A DNA stretch of 64,000 nt, taken from contig JADKHW010000006.1 of assembly GCA_016721565.1 (NCBI GenBank), positions 31,286 to 95,285 of the forward strand. Reading direction: 5' to 3'. Under the pieces are notes generated by a model. The model was not told the DNA's origin. It worked only from the letters and a program-made list of their open reading frames with translations, and did no database searches. This document shows positions 30,982-40,004 of the stretch, piece after piece. Position numbers and translations under genes: made by a program. Numbering within the stretch: position 1 is the first letter of the stretch; the number at the start of each line of letters is the position of its first letter. This stretch comes from a bacterium (lineage in GTDB: Bacteria; Electryoneota; RPQS01).

Positions 30982-31592
30982 AGATATTCATGAACGGTCT
31001 AGAACTTGGCCGGGAGGCAACCGGTGAAATGGAAGTGGGGCAGGTCTTGTCCGAGATCCAGAGTGAAATCCATGCCGGTGGGAAAATTCTGCTTGGCGCA
31101 AGCATTGACGGTGTCGCGATCGAAAAAGGCTTTCGTCGTCGCCGTCAACTCGCAACGCCGGTGACCCGAGTCAATAAACTTGAGTTGATGATTCAAGATC
31201 CCGAGGCAGTTTCGGAGCAAATCTTAAAGGACTCTCTGCAAATCTATCGGCAACTTCAACATGAGGTACCTGTTCTGGCGACTCGCTTTCGTATGGGCGA
31301 TGAGTTCACCGCAAATCAGCAACTCGCGGACGTGTTAGATCGTCTCACGCTGTCGCTAAAAGGTTCCTCAATGGCGCTAAAACAGCGGCCCTTAAATTCA
31401 AATTTACAAGGAAGATTGAACCAAGCAGGCGGCGAATTGATGCCTGTTCTGGATCGCGTATTGGCCGCTCAAACTGCCGGAGATTACACCGCTTTGGCCG
31501 ACCAGCTTGAATACAAACTTCCAACAGCGCTTAAGAATTGTTTCGACTGCATGTTGCAAGCAACTGAAACTCAAACTGTAGCCCCGAGATAA
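30978..31592 (+). CDS. Hypothetical protein (last gene of glycosylation block)
   Basis: 204-aa ORF, no recognisable motif. Confidence 0.4.
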   Translation: MKIFMNGLELGREATGEMEVGQVLSEIQSEIHAGGKILLGASIDGVAIEKGFRRRRQLATPVTRVNKLELMIQDPEAVSEQILKDSLQIYRQLQHEVPVLATRFRMGDEFTANQQLADVLDRLTLSLKGSSMALKQRPLNSNLQGRLNQAGGELMPVLDRVLAAQTAGDYTALADQLEYKLPTALKNCFDCMLQATETQTVAPR

Positions 31593-31609
31593 TGGACCCA
31601 TGTCGCAAA

Positions 31610-31637
31610 TTAAAGCTTTGCGGTGAGTATTCCGATA
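31610..31637 (+). promoter_or_regulatory. sigma28 (FliA) promoter upstream of MerR-like gene/flagellin 1
   Basis: TAAA-N16-TCCGATAA against the consensus TAAA-N15-GCCGATAA. It sits about 40 nt upstream of the 31678 ATG. Confidence 0.55.
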
Positions 31638-31677
31638 ACCAGAGTGTAAGGAATCTGAATCATCTGGAGTACTTGAC

Positions 31678-32052
31678 ATGAAGCATGAAGAAATCTTGAC
31701 CGTGCCCCGCGCACGGTCTCCAAAGGCACCAAAGCTATACTCAATCGGGCAGGTTCACGCCATCACCGGTATTCCCAAGCCGACAATCCGTTACTGGGAA
31801 AAAGAGTTTGAAAGCTATTTGGAACCGCTGCGCACAACTGGCAATCAACGTCGCTACGACGACAAGTCCATTGCAGATCTGGAAAAGATCAACTATCTGG
31901 TGAAGGTTCAGGGCTACACCCTGGACGGCGCGAAGCGCAAACTTGAACTGCTGCGCAAAGTTGACGTTGAACGTCAGCACAGCAACGACCCGATGGCGGA
32001 ACTGGCCCGCGCAATGTCAGACTATCTACTTAAGAAGTTGTCCCGCGATTAG
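31678..32052 (+). CDS. MerR-family HTH transcriptional regulator
   Basis: YSIGQVHAITGIPKPTIRYWEKEF is the typical MerR N-terminal HTH. 124 aa. Confidence 0.7.
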   Translation: MKHEEILTVPRARSPKAPKLYSIGQVHAITGIPKPTIRYWEKEFESYLEPLRTTGNQRRYDDKSIADLEKINYLVKVQGYTLDGAKRKLELLRKVDVERQHSNDPMAELARAMSDYLLKKLSRD

Positions 32053-32081
32053 CGGGTGAATCCTAATATCACGGGAGTAAC

Positions 32082-32981
32082 ATGAGTACACGCATAAATC
32101 ACAACCTGCTATCCCTCGGCGCTCAGCGCTCGGTGTGGACGGCACAGAACGACCTCGATTCGGCCGTTCAGCGATTGTCCAGCGGACTTCGCATCAACTA
32201 CGCGTGGGATGATCCCACCGGACTCGGAATCAGCGAGCGCCTTCGTTCCTCGATCTCAGGCATGGTCGAAGCCGAGAAGAACGCGAACTACAACATCAAT
32301 ATGATGCAGACTGCCGAAGGCGCACTGGCCGTCATTGATGAAAAGTTAATTCGCATGCGAGCCATCGCTATTCAAGCTGCTAACGGCGTCTTAACAACAT
32401 TGGATCGTCAAGTCGCGAACGTCGAATTCCAACAGCTCAAGAGCGAAATGGACCGTATCGCGCACACAGCGAACTATAATGGTTATCGCTTGCTGGATGG
32501 TTCGCGCTCAGCCGAAACGATGAGTACCGACCCAACTTTGGCGCTCGGCTATAATGCAGTCACAACTGCTGCTGATTCCGGATCAATTAAGTTTCACATT
32601 GGTGAAAACAACAATGTCGGCCAAGATTTCTACTACATCAATATCGCCGGGATGACGGCCTCCGATCTGGGTGTAGCAGGTCTCGATGTCTCGAATACAG
32701 CATCAGCGCAGGACTCAATTGAAACATTGATCGCAGCTATCAACTCGAAGGACACGACCCGTACGTTCTTGGGTTCAATGGTCAGCCGCCTTCAAAACAC
32801 AATCTTGAATCTTAAGATTCAGCGCGAAAACGCCACTGCCTCTGAATCGCAAATTCGTGATGCCGATTTTGCCGAAGAAATGTCAAACTTCACGCGTTCG
32901 CAAATCTTGATGCAAACCGGCGTCTCAATGCTTGGTCAGGCCAATCAGATTCCGAACATCGTTGCACAATTGGTTGGATAA
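32082..32981 (+). CDS. fliC: Flagellin (copy 1, 299 aa)
   Basis: Flagellin N-terminus (MSTRINHNLLSL...RLSSGLRINYAWDDPTGLGISERL) and C-terminus (FTRSQILMQTGVSMLGQANQIPNIVAQLV). Confidence 0.9.
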   Translation: MSTRINHNLLSLGAQRSVWTAQNDLDSAVQRLSSGLRINYAWDDPTGLGISERLRSSISGMVEAEKNANYNINMMQTAEGALAVIDEKLIRMRAIAIQAANGVLTTLDRQVANVEFQQLKSEMDRIAHTANYNGYRLLDGSRSAETMSTDPTLALGYNAVTTAADSGSIKFHIGENNNVGQDFYYINIAGMTASDLGVAGLDVSNTASAQDSIETLIAAINSKDTTRTFLGSMVSRLQNTILNLKIQRENATASESQIRDADFAEEMSNFTRSQILMQTGVSMLGQANQIPNIVAQLVG

Positions 32982-32987
32982 TCTTGA

Positions 32988-33356
32988 ATGAGTGATTTTT
33001 CGGAACAGCCTACTACCAATCTTAGACAGTCATCGGACGATCTGCCGGGGAAACTCCGGCAGATCTCCGATGCTCTCTGGGATGCAGCGCAACGCAAAGA
33101 CCTGAACGAGGTCAATGCGCTGCTCGACAACCGCCAGGAGATTCTGGAACTGTTAGCCGATGTCAAGCCGCTCGACGCTCGCCAGCGCCGGGAACTCATG
33201 GCGATTCAGGCCGCTGATAAATACTTAATGCGGCAGTTAGACAACGAACTTGCTTGGTTGGATCGCCGTCTAAAGGGTGTCAATCTGCGTCGTTCTGCTG
33301 CTACAGGATACCGAGCTAACGGCCCACGCAAAACTCACATGACGAGAACCGGTTAA
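32988..33356 (+). CDS. Hypothetical small helical protein (FlaG/FliT-like by position)
   Basis: 122-aa ORF between flagellin 1 and the amidotransferase. No diagnostic motif. Confidence 0.3.
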   Translation: MSDFSEQPTTNLRQSSDDLPGKLRQISDALWDAAQRKDLNEVNALLDNRQEILELLADVKPLDARQRRELMAIQAADKYLMRQLDNELAWLDRRLKGVNLRRSAATGYRANGPRKTHMTRTG

Positions 33357-33360
33357 TAGA

Positions 33361-35109
33361 ATGTGCGGCTCAGTTGCCCTTATTAAAGAGCGCACCGAGC
33401 TTGAAGCAACCGTTCGTTCCGCGTTAAGACTTCTTGAGTCTCGCGGACCGGACGGTTCCGGCGTTTCTGTTACTTCGGTTGGTGCGCTCGGGCATTGCAG
33501 ACTTTCCCTTCGTGATTTCGCCGGAGGATCACAGCCGCTCGCCCTTGCTGATGGCAGGACCCTGGCATATGTCGGCGAACTATACAACGATGTTAAGCTG
33601 CGGCAGATTCTCCAACTTAGCGGCTGGTCCCCGCAAAACGCCAGTGATACTGAAGTCCTTGCCAAAGCAATTGAGCAGTGGGGTGACGAGGTCTGGACTA
33701 AACTTGAGGCGATGTTCGCCGTTATGCTGTTGTCGGCAGACGGAACCACGCTGAAGCTTGTGCGCGATCGTTTCGGTGTCAAACCGATTTTCTACGGTAG
33801 AAATGAACAGAGTGTAGTTGCCGCAAGTCAACCTGCAGCATTGGTTGAACTTGGTTACGGCGCTGCGGCATCACGTGAGGCCATCGTTCATTTCTTGACA
33901 ACGTCTCAAGTTTGCTTCCACGGTCAAACTCTGTTTGCCGATATGAAAATTGCTCCGCAAGGAGCAACTACAACTTTAAGTTTAGAGTCTGCTAACCAGA
34001 CTCGTTGGGCAAAAGATTTCAATTTTGAAACGCCCGAAGCTTCCGAACTGAACCCGCCTAAGCTCACCTATCTACTGGGTGAAGCAGTTTACCGCCAAAG
34101 TCAGGCAGACTTCCCTGTCGGCGTGTTTTTGTCCGGCGGTGTCGATAGCTCGATACTCGCTGCATTGTTGGCACTTTCGAAGAAACAGCCGATTCGCACG
34201 TTTGCCGTAGCTTTTGACGGAGACACGGAAGATCTCGAATATGCGCGCCTCGTTGCCGCGCACGTTCGTTCTATTCATACGGAGAAGGTTGTTTCCCCAT
34301 CTGAGTTTTTCTCAGGCATGCGCGAATTGACCTTGCAGCGTGCCCTACCGGTTTCGTTGCCCAATGAAGTTCTGATCTACAAGCTGTCACAGACTGCAAA
34401 ATCAAGTGTCAAGGCTGTTCTGTCCGGCGAGGGAGCCGATGAACTATTCGGCGGCTATCAAAAGTTGCACGCGAGGTTGCAAAGTAGCAACACTCCGCAA
34501 ACGGACATGTTCAAACTGTATCGTGCCTCCACGTCATGGTTCACACATGCCGACCTCTTTGAGTCACTTGTCGACTGTTCGGCAGTCTCAACCGCGAAAG
34601 AGTTGGACCAGACAGAACTGCAAAAGCTCGTTTCCGGAATTCCGCGAGAACATGTCGTGCGCTCTCTTCTATTAAAGGACCATTTTGCGCACCTCCTGCT
34701 TCGGCTTGACGGCGCGGCGATGGCCGGCTCAATTGAGGGTCGTGTGCCGTTTACGGATAGTGACGTGGTGCAATATGCTTTGGGTTTGAGCAATGCACAG
34801 CTTGCTCCGACCTTCGGTTTAGAGAAACCCGTGCTCAGAAAAGCCTGTATGGGTCTGTTACCTGAAGAGGTTTTGCGTCGTCCAAAACGAGCCTTTCATG
34901 CCTCTTTCAACATCATCTTTGAATCTGAAGCGGGTCAACAAGAATTATTTTCTGCTCTTCGTCAACCATTGATTGCTAAACTCTTCAATCAAGAAAAGCT
35001 TGAGCGGATTTTAATCGATGATCGCGAAACCCAAGTGTTTCACAGAACTTGGCTCATTTGTTCTTTAGGTATGTGGAGTGAACTCTGCCGGGTCAGCGAG
35101 ATTAGCTGA
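33361..35109 (+). CDS. Asparagine synthase-family (glutamine-hydrolysing) amidotransferase, likely flagellin-glycan amidation
   Basis: N-terminal MCG (Cys2 nucleophile of class II GATase). PP-loop FLSGGVDSSILAALL. 582 aa. Confidence 0.8.
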   Translation: MCGSVALIKERTELEATVRSALRLLESRGPDGSGVSVTSVGALGHCRLSLRDFAGGSQPLALADGRTLAYVGELYNDVKLRQILQLSGWSPQNASDTEVLAKAIEQWGDEVWTKLEAMFAVMLLSADGTTLKLVRDRFGVKPIFYGRNEQSVVAASQPAALVELGYGAAASREAIVHFLTTSQVCFHGQTLFADMKIAPQGATTTLSLESANQTRWAKDFNFETPEASELNPPKLTYLLGEAVYRQSQADFPVGVFLSGGVDSSILAALLALSKKQPIRTFAVAFDGDTEDLEYARLVAAHVRSIHTEKVVSPSEFFSGMRELTLQRALPVSLPNEVLIYKLSQTAKSSVKAVLSGEGADELFGGYQKLHARLQSSNTPQTDMFKLYRASTSWFTHADLFESLVDCSAVSTAKELDQTELQKLVSGIPREHVVRSLLLKDHFAHLLLRLDGAAMAGSIEGRVPFTDSDVVQYALGLSNAQLAPTFGLEKPVLRKACMGLLPEEVLRRPKRAFHASFNIIFESEAGQQELFSALRQPLIAKLFNQEKLERILIDDRETQVFHRTWLICSLGMWSELCRVSEIS

Positions 35110-35134
35110 CCCTAACCTCATAGCCGAGGGGAAT

Positions 35135-35161
35135 TTAAGTTCGTTACTGGGTCGCCGATAA
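35135..35161 (+). promoter_or_regulatory. sigma28 (FliA) promoter upstream of flagellin 2
   Basis: TTAA-N15-GCCGATAA, with a perfect -10 element, about 90 nt upstream of the ATG at 35249. Confidence 0.6.
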
Positions 35162-35248
35162 TTCTGGTGAACCGCGCCAAAAGGGTGCGAATAATTCATT
35201 AGAGCTTAACGGTCACTTTCCAGTAAAGCTCCCTCGGAGGAGGAACGC

Positions 35249-36148
35249 ATGAGTACACGTATCAACCACAATCTGCTGTCCCTGACTTCACAACGGTCAG
35301 TATGGACAGCACAGAACGACCTGGACAAGGCGGTTCAACGACTTTCCAGCGGTCTGCGCATCAACTACGCGTGGGATGATCCCACGGGTCTTGGCATCAG
35401 CGAGCGCCTTCGCTCTTCGATCGTCGGTATGGTCGAAGCAGAGAAGAACGCATCGTACAATGTCAATATGCTGCAGACGGCGGAAGGCGCACTGGCTGTC
35501 ATTGACGAAAAACTGGTCCGTATGCGCGCTATCGCCGTACAGGCCTCGAACGGAATTTTAACGACTCTCGACCGTCAGGTTGCGAATGTTGAATTCCAAC
35601 AGTTGAAGTCTGAAGCGGACCGTATCGCAAAGACCGCCAATTACAACGGCTATAAGCTGTTAGACGGTTCGCACGCTGCGGCAACTGCCAACTCAGATCC
35701 GACCCTTGCACTCGGCAACAATGCCGTTATCACGGCAAGCGACGGTGCCGCGATCAAGTTCCACATCGGTGAGACCAACAACGCCGGTCAGGACTACTAT
35801 TATGTGAATCTGGGTGGCATGACGGCGTCGGATCTGAACATCGCTAGCCTGAATGTCTCAGATACGGCTTCTTCGCAGGCCGCAATCGACACACTGATCG
35901 CAGCAATCAATTCGAAAGACACGGAGCGTACGTTCATCGGTTCGATGGTCGAACGCCTGCAGAACACGATTCTGAATCTCAAGATTCAGCGTGAAAACGC
36001 GACGGCTTCGGAATCGCAAATCCGCGATGCCGACTTCGCTGAAGAAATGTCGAACTTCACTCGCTCGCAGATCCTTATGCAGACGGGTGTCTCGATGCTT
36101 TCAACGGCAAACGGACTGCCGAATATCGTCGCACAACTCGTCGGCTAA
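35249..36148 (+). CDS. fliC: Flagellin (copy 2, 299 aa; about 85% identical to copy 1)
   Basis: Same N- and C-terminal flagellin motifs as copy 1. Differences are scattered through the central region. Confidence 0.9.
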   Translation: MSTRINHNLLSLTSQRSVWTAQNDLDKAVQRLSSGLRINYAWDDPTGLGISERLRSSIVGMVEAEKNASYNVNMLQTAEGALAVIDEKLVRMRAIAVQASNGILTTLDRQVANVEFQQLKSEADRIAKTANYNGYKLLDGSHAAATANSDPTLALGNNAVITASDGAAIKFHIGETNNAGQDYYYVNLGGMTASDLNIASLNVSDTASSQAAIDTLIAAINSKDTERTFIGSMVERLQNTILNLKIQRENATASESQIRDADFAEEMSNFTRSQILMQTGVSMLSTANGLPNIVAQLVG

Positions 36149-36182
36149 TCGGAAGAAATTCTCCCCGATATCGTTCAGGTCG

Positions 36183-36233
36183 CTCCGCGCTATAAACCGC
36201 GCGGGCGACCGGGCGGAGAACCTTCTGAGAAGG
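36183..36233 (+). terminator. Possible stem-loops (attenuator/terminator) between flagellin 2 and fliD
   Basis: CTCCGCGC...GCGCGG...GGCGGAG nested hairpin followed by CCTTCTGAGAAGG hairpin. No strong T-tract. Confidence 0.3.
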
Positions 36234-36262
36234 CCTTAGCCCAAGAATGATAGGGAGGAGTT

Positions 36263-38173
36263 ATGTCGCAAGGTGCAACCACGGTTTCGGGACTTGTATC
36301 GGGAATCGATTGGGATTCTACGATCAAGCAGCTTATGCAAATCGAGAGGCGTAGAGTAACTCTCTACGAAGATCGAAAAAGCGAAAACGAAACCAAGCTC
36401 AATCTGTGGGCTCAGATCCAAGGCAAGATCGCCGGGCTGCAAGGCGCCGCGCAAAATCTTGACAGACGATCCGAATTTGTGGTCAAATCGGCTTCCTCCT
36501 CCGATTCGTCCGTTGTCACGGTCCAGGCGTCGTCAAGTGCTCCGCGGGGTTCGCATTCCGTAGAAGTTCTTGCCCTTGCCAAAGCCCACAGTATAGCGGC
36601 ACAAGGCTTTGACGACAAGAATAGTACCGGCGTCGGTGATAGTGGTGGTGATTTCGTCATCCAAATTGGTGATGAAACCATCACGATCGCCGACGCCGAT
36701 TTATCTTCCGCGACGACCCTTGATCAACTGAGGAACTTGATCAATAATTCTGCCGACAATGACGATCTCGTCACGGCGTCGATTTTGGATGACGGTTCTG
36801 ATTCCGGCCGCTTTCGCCTTGTGCTAACGGCGAATAATCCCGGACTTGACAACAGAATCTCATTCCTCACGAATCCCACCACGCTTAACTTCTCGATGAA
36901 AGTGGTTGATGACGCTGAAACAGGAGCAGGGTGGACAGGAACGTCTGCACTGACGTCGGGAGGAACGTACACAGGTACAGCAAACAAGAGTTTTGTGTTT
37001 ACTGTTGCAACAGGTGGAACAGTTGGTACGACCAACGGCATTCAGCTTGATTGGACAGATAGCGCAGGGAACAGCGGCTCTTTGACACTCAACGCCGCAG
37101 ATGTCGGCGTCGCGAAAACCATCGCCGAAGGTGTTACCATGACTTTCGGGGCGGGAACGCTGGTAGCCGGGGATAATTTTTCAACAGATGTCTTCGTCCC
37201 GACACTAACAGCGGCACAGGATGCCAACGCGCTTGTCGATGGTATCTACGTCACGCAATCGTCGAACACACTTGAGAATTTCATCGACGGCGTAACGCTC
37301 AATTTGCTGTCAGTTGACATAGGAAACCCGGTGGAGATAACCATCGGTGACGACAAAGAGGCCATGAAAGGCAAGATTCGCGGCTTCGTGGACGCTTATA
37401 ATTCGGTGATGCAAGACCTGTCAACGTTTTCCTCATACGATGAAGAGAACAAGACTGCGGCTCCACTTCTTGGTGACGGATTTTTGTCATCAATTCGTAG
37501 CGAACTTGCGGCAATTGTATCACAGCAAGTCAGCAAGCTGCCCTCGGGTAACGACCTGACTCACCTTGCCGACGTCGGCATCTTGTCTGCTTCGCGCGGT
37601 CTATTGACGATTAATGAAGAAGATCTTTCTAACGCCTTAGACGACCGCTTTGAAGAAGTTGTTAGTCTCTTCAGCCAATCGTTTGAAAGCGTCGATAACA
37701 AGATCAGTCTCGTTACGACAAACGAAAAAACTCAAGGTGGCGAGTATTCGCTCGTATTAAACTACGGAGCGACCGGAGTGCCGACTTCTGCGACGATTAA
37801 CGGCCAAGCCGCAACAGTTGATGGGTTGCTTATCCGTGGTGCTGAAGGAACATCCGTCGAAGGAATTGTGCTGAGCTTCACGTCACCAGGCACCGGCCCC
37901 GGAACTGTTAACACGACTTTCCGTCTTGGCAAAGGTATAACCGAAATGGTCGCAGCAGCCGCGGCGGACATTACAGACCTTGACTCAGGCTCGATTCACT
38001 ATGCCCAGCAGAATCTTGAGACGCAAAACGAAAATCTGGATCGTCAGATAGCATCTTGGGAAAAACGCTTGACCACGATTGAAGAGGGACTCCGCCGTCA
38101 GTATTCGACGCTCGAAACTACACTTTCAAAAATGAGAAACCAGAGCAATTATCTTGCTGGAGTATTAGGATAA
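36263..38173 (+). CDS. fliD: Flagellar filament cap protein FliD
   Basis: N-terminal FliD motif (ISGLVSGIDWDSTIKQLMQIERRRV) and C-terminal FliD_C helices. 636 aa. Confidence 0.85.
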   Translation: MSQGATTVSGLVSGIDWDSTIKQLMQIERRRVTLYEDRKSENETKLNLWAQIQGKIAGLQGAAQNLDRRSEFVVKSASSSDSSVVTVQASSSAPRGSHSVEVLALAKAHSIAAQGFDDKNSTGVGDSGGDFVIQIGDETITIADADLSSATTLDQLRNLINNSADNDDLVTASILDDGSDSGRFRLVLTANNPGLDNRISFLTNPTTLNFSMKVVDDAETGAGWTGTSALTSGGTYTGTANKSFVFTVATGGTVGTTNGIQLDWTDSAGNSGSLTLNAADVGVAKTIAEGVTMTFGAGTLVAGDNFSTDVFVPTLTAAQDANALVDGIYVTQSSNTLENFIDGVTLNLLSVDIGNPVEITIGDDKEAMKGKIRGFVDAYNSVMQDLSTFSSYDEENKTAAPLLGDGFLSSIRSELAAIVSQQVSKLPSGNDLTHLADVGILSASRGLLTINEEDLSNALDDRFEEVVSLFSQSFESVDNKISLVTTNEKTQGGEYSLVLNYGATGVPTSATINGQAATVDGLLIRGAEGTSVEGIVLSFTSPGTGPGTVNTTFRLGKGITEMVAAAAADITDLDSGSIHYAQQNLETQNENLDRQIASWEKRLTTIEEGLRRQYSTLETTLSKMRNQSNYLAGVLG

Positions 38174-38174
38174 T

Positions 38175-38594
38175 ATGAAAGTCGCTCCCAACTTTTCTAC
38201 TTACCGCGCGATGGACGCGGCTTGCAGCACGCCGCAATTGGTCTTGATGCTGTGCGACGGCGCAATTCGCTACACCCGCGAAGCCGCTGAACATATGCAC
38301 GCTAATCGTTGGTCCGAAAAAGGACAGGCTATTGAGTCTGCCATCGAGTGCATCGGCGAACTCCGCAAGACGCTTAATCTATCCGAGAGCACCGAAATTG
38401 TCCGCCAACTCGACAAGACCTACAGTTTTCTGTCAACCAAGTTGATGATCGGCAATACTCGCCGCGATATTTCCCAGCTCCACCAAGTTGCAGATTCGCT
38501 TGCCCAAATCCGCTCCGGTTGGGCAGAGTTGTTTGACAAGCTGAAAGCCCAAGGCGCACTGCCGACGGCTGAATTTACTGCCGCAAGCCTCTAA
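38175..38594 (+). CDS. fliS: Flagellin-specific chaperone FliS
   Basis: 139-aa four-helix pattern (LVLMLCDGAIRYTREAAEHM). Position after fliD. Confidence 0.8.
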   Translation: MKVAPNFSTYRAMDAACSTPQLVLMLCDGAIRYTREAAEHMHANRWSEKGQAIESAIECIGELRKTLNLSESTEIVRQLDKTYSFLSTKLMIGNTRRDISQLHQVADSLAQIRSGWAELFDKLKAQGALPTAEFTAASL

Positions 38595-38601
38595 GTCAGC
38601 G

Positions 38602-38617
38602 TGGCACAGCAGTTGCT
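38602..38617 (+). promoter_or_regulatory. sigma54 (RpoN) promoter upstream of flgM
   Basis: TGGCAC-AGCAG-TTGCT matches TGGCAC-N5-TTGCW. It lies about 40 nt upstream of the 38657 ATG. Confidence 0.6.
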
Positions 38618-38656
38618 TAACGATTTGACATAACATCTAAGAAGGATGAATTTGCC

Positions 38657-38962
38657 ATGCGCGTAGAATCGCAACGGCCATATGGCCTCCCAAATCTCCT
38701 GCAGGAAGCCAAAGAGGCAGGCGCTGAAAAGGTCTCAAAGGCCCCAGAAAAGGCTGTCAACTCGTCAGGTGATCAGTTTGAACTCTCTGCGGAACAAAAG
38801 GTTACACAGGACCTTCTCGCTGTTTCCCGTGAAACGACGGGATCTTTCAGCTTGACTCCCGAGCGCACAGCAGACATCCGTAGCCGAATTTCGAGTGGGT
38901 ATTACTTGACCCCCAAGGCGGCAGAAGAGACCGCTGAAGCCCTAACAAGCTTCCATAGTTAG
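38657..38962 (+). CDS. flgM: Anti-sigma-28 factor FlgM
   Basis: 101 aa. C-terminal FlgM signature (RTADIRSRISSGYYLTPKAAEETAEAL). Confidence 0.7.
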   Translation: MRVESQRPYGLPNLLQEAKEAGAEKVSKAPEKAVNSSGDQFELSAEQKVTQDLLAVSRETTGSFSLTPERTADIRSRISSGYYLTPKAAEETAEALTSFHS

Positions 38963-39053
38963 CGATTCATCCGAATCTCTAACAGTTACAGCTTTCCTTT
39001 AAGTTGTAAGTCTAATTTTTACAGTGGTACTAAGTTTGACCACGACATGTAAG

Positions 39054-39085
39054 TGCCTCTGGAGCAAGCTCCAAGAGGCATTTTT
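39054..39085 (+). terminator. Rho-independent terminator after flgM
   Basis: GCCTCTGGAG-CAAGC-TCCAAGAGGC stem with a single bulge, followed by TTTTT. Confidence 0.7.
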
Positions 39086-39155
39086 CATGGTACGGAAGTT
39101 GCCCTTATTTTCGATGCTTGATTCCCTTGATTACTAACCGTTTGGATTCCGCAAC

Positions 39156-40004
39156 TTGCTGATTAGTCCGCTGCCACCGCCGCGCGTCTTGATTATCGAC
39201 GACGACCCGGACATTTCCAGTGTCCTTGTCGCGGCACTCGAGGCCGTTGGCTGCACGGTAACATCTGAGACCAATTCAGCTAAGGCTGAAGCGGCCTGCG
39301 TTGCTGCACATCCGGAACTCGTGTTAGTGGACATGATGATGCCCGGACGATCTGGAATCGAACTGCTTGCCCCGTTGCATGAGATTGCGCCAGACGCGAT
39401 TATCTGCATCATGACAGGCATGGGCGATCCGGCTTTGCTGCAGCGCTCTTTGAGATCCGGCGCATGGAACGTACTCTGTAAGCCATACTCACTCTCAGAC
39501 CTTGCCGAACTGATTGACATGAGTTTGCGCCTTTCCGCTTCATTGCGTGAAGAAGCGGGAGCAGGGTATGTAACCAAAGAATCCGAGTGGGAGTTTTCCG
39601 GTGATCATAGACCCTCGTCTGCGGATCTTGCAAGGCTGATTGCCATTGCAGCGGAAACGGGTAATGATCCCGATGTATCATATCGCAAGCTACCATTGCT
39701 CGCGCAAGAACTCTTGGACAACGCGTTCGAGCACGGCACGCATGGCGATGCCGGTATTCACTACGGCTCAAAACTAAAAACAGCACCTGAGTCTCTGGAA
39801 CTTACTGTCTGGGATGACGGGCCGGGATTTGACGGCAAGACCAAGATTCGACAAATGCAGCACTCGACTCCCTGCGGGAAAATGTCCGGGCTGCAATTGG
39901 TGTCAGCGTTGGCGGATGAAATACGATTTAACAAGCAACCAAACTCGATTACCGTGATCTGGCACAGCAAGCTACTTGCAAAGCACGAGGGAGAAAACTC
40001 GTGA
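39156..40004 (+). CDS. Receiver domain fused to GHKL ATPase (HATPase_c_2/anti-sigma-kinase-like) domain
   Basis: REC: VLIIDDDPDISS...LVLVDMMMPGRSG. C-terminal QELLDNAFEHGTHGD...VWDDGPGFDG (N-box and G1 box). Confidence 0.7.
   Translation: MLISPLPPPRVLIIDDDPDISSVLVAALEAVGCTVTSETNSAKAEAACVAAHPELVLVDMMMPGRSGIELLAPLHEIAPDAIICIMTGMGDPALLQRSLRSGAWNVLCKPYSLSDLAELIDMSLRLSASLREEAGAGYVTKESEWEFSGDHRPSSADLARLIAIAAETGNDPDVSYRKLPLLAQELLDNAFEHGTHGDAGIHYGSKLKTAPESLELTVWDDGPGFDGKTKIRQMQHSTPCGKMSGLQLVSALADEIRFNKQPNSITVIWHSKLLAKHEGENS

Noticed and set aside
30978-31100. N-terminus of the 30978..31592 ORF (MKIFMNG...) as a second ThiS-like Ubl
   Set aside because: There is only a superficial resemblance at the first 7 residues. 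The protein is 204 aa, lacks a C-terminal Gly-Gly and sits in the glycosylation block rather than near E1/E2 genes.
39089-39104. Weak sigma54-like element TGGTAC-N5-TTGCC upstream of the 39156 receiver gene
   Set aside because: It has two mismatches in the most conserved GG/GC positions context (TGGTAC instead of TGGCAC, TTGCC tail). This is too weak to call without an experimental TSS.
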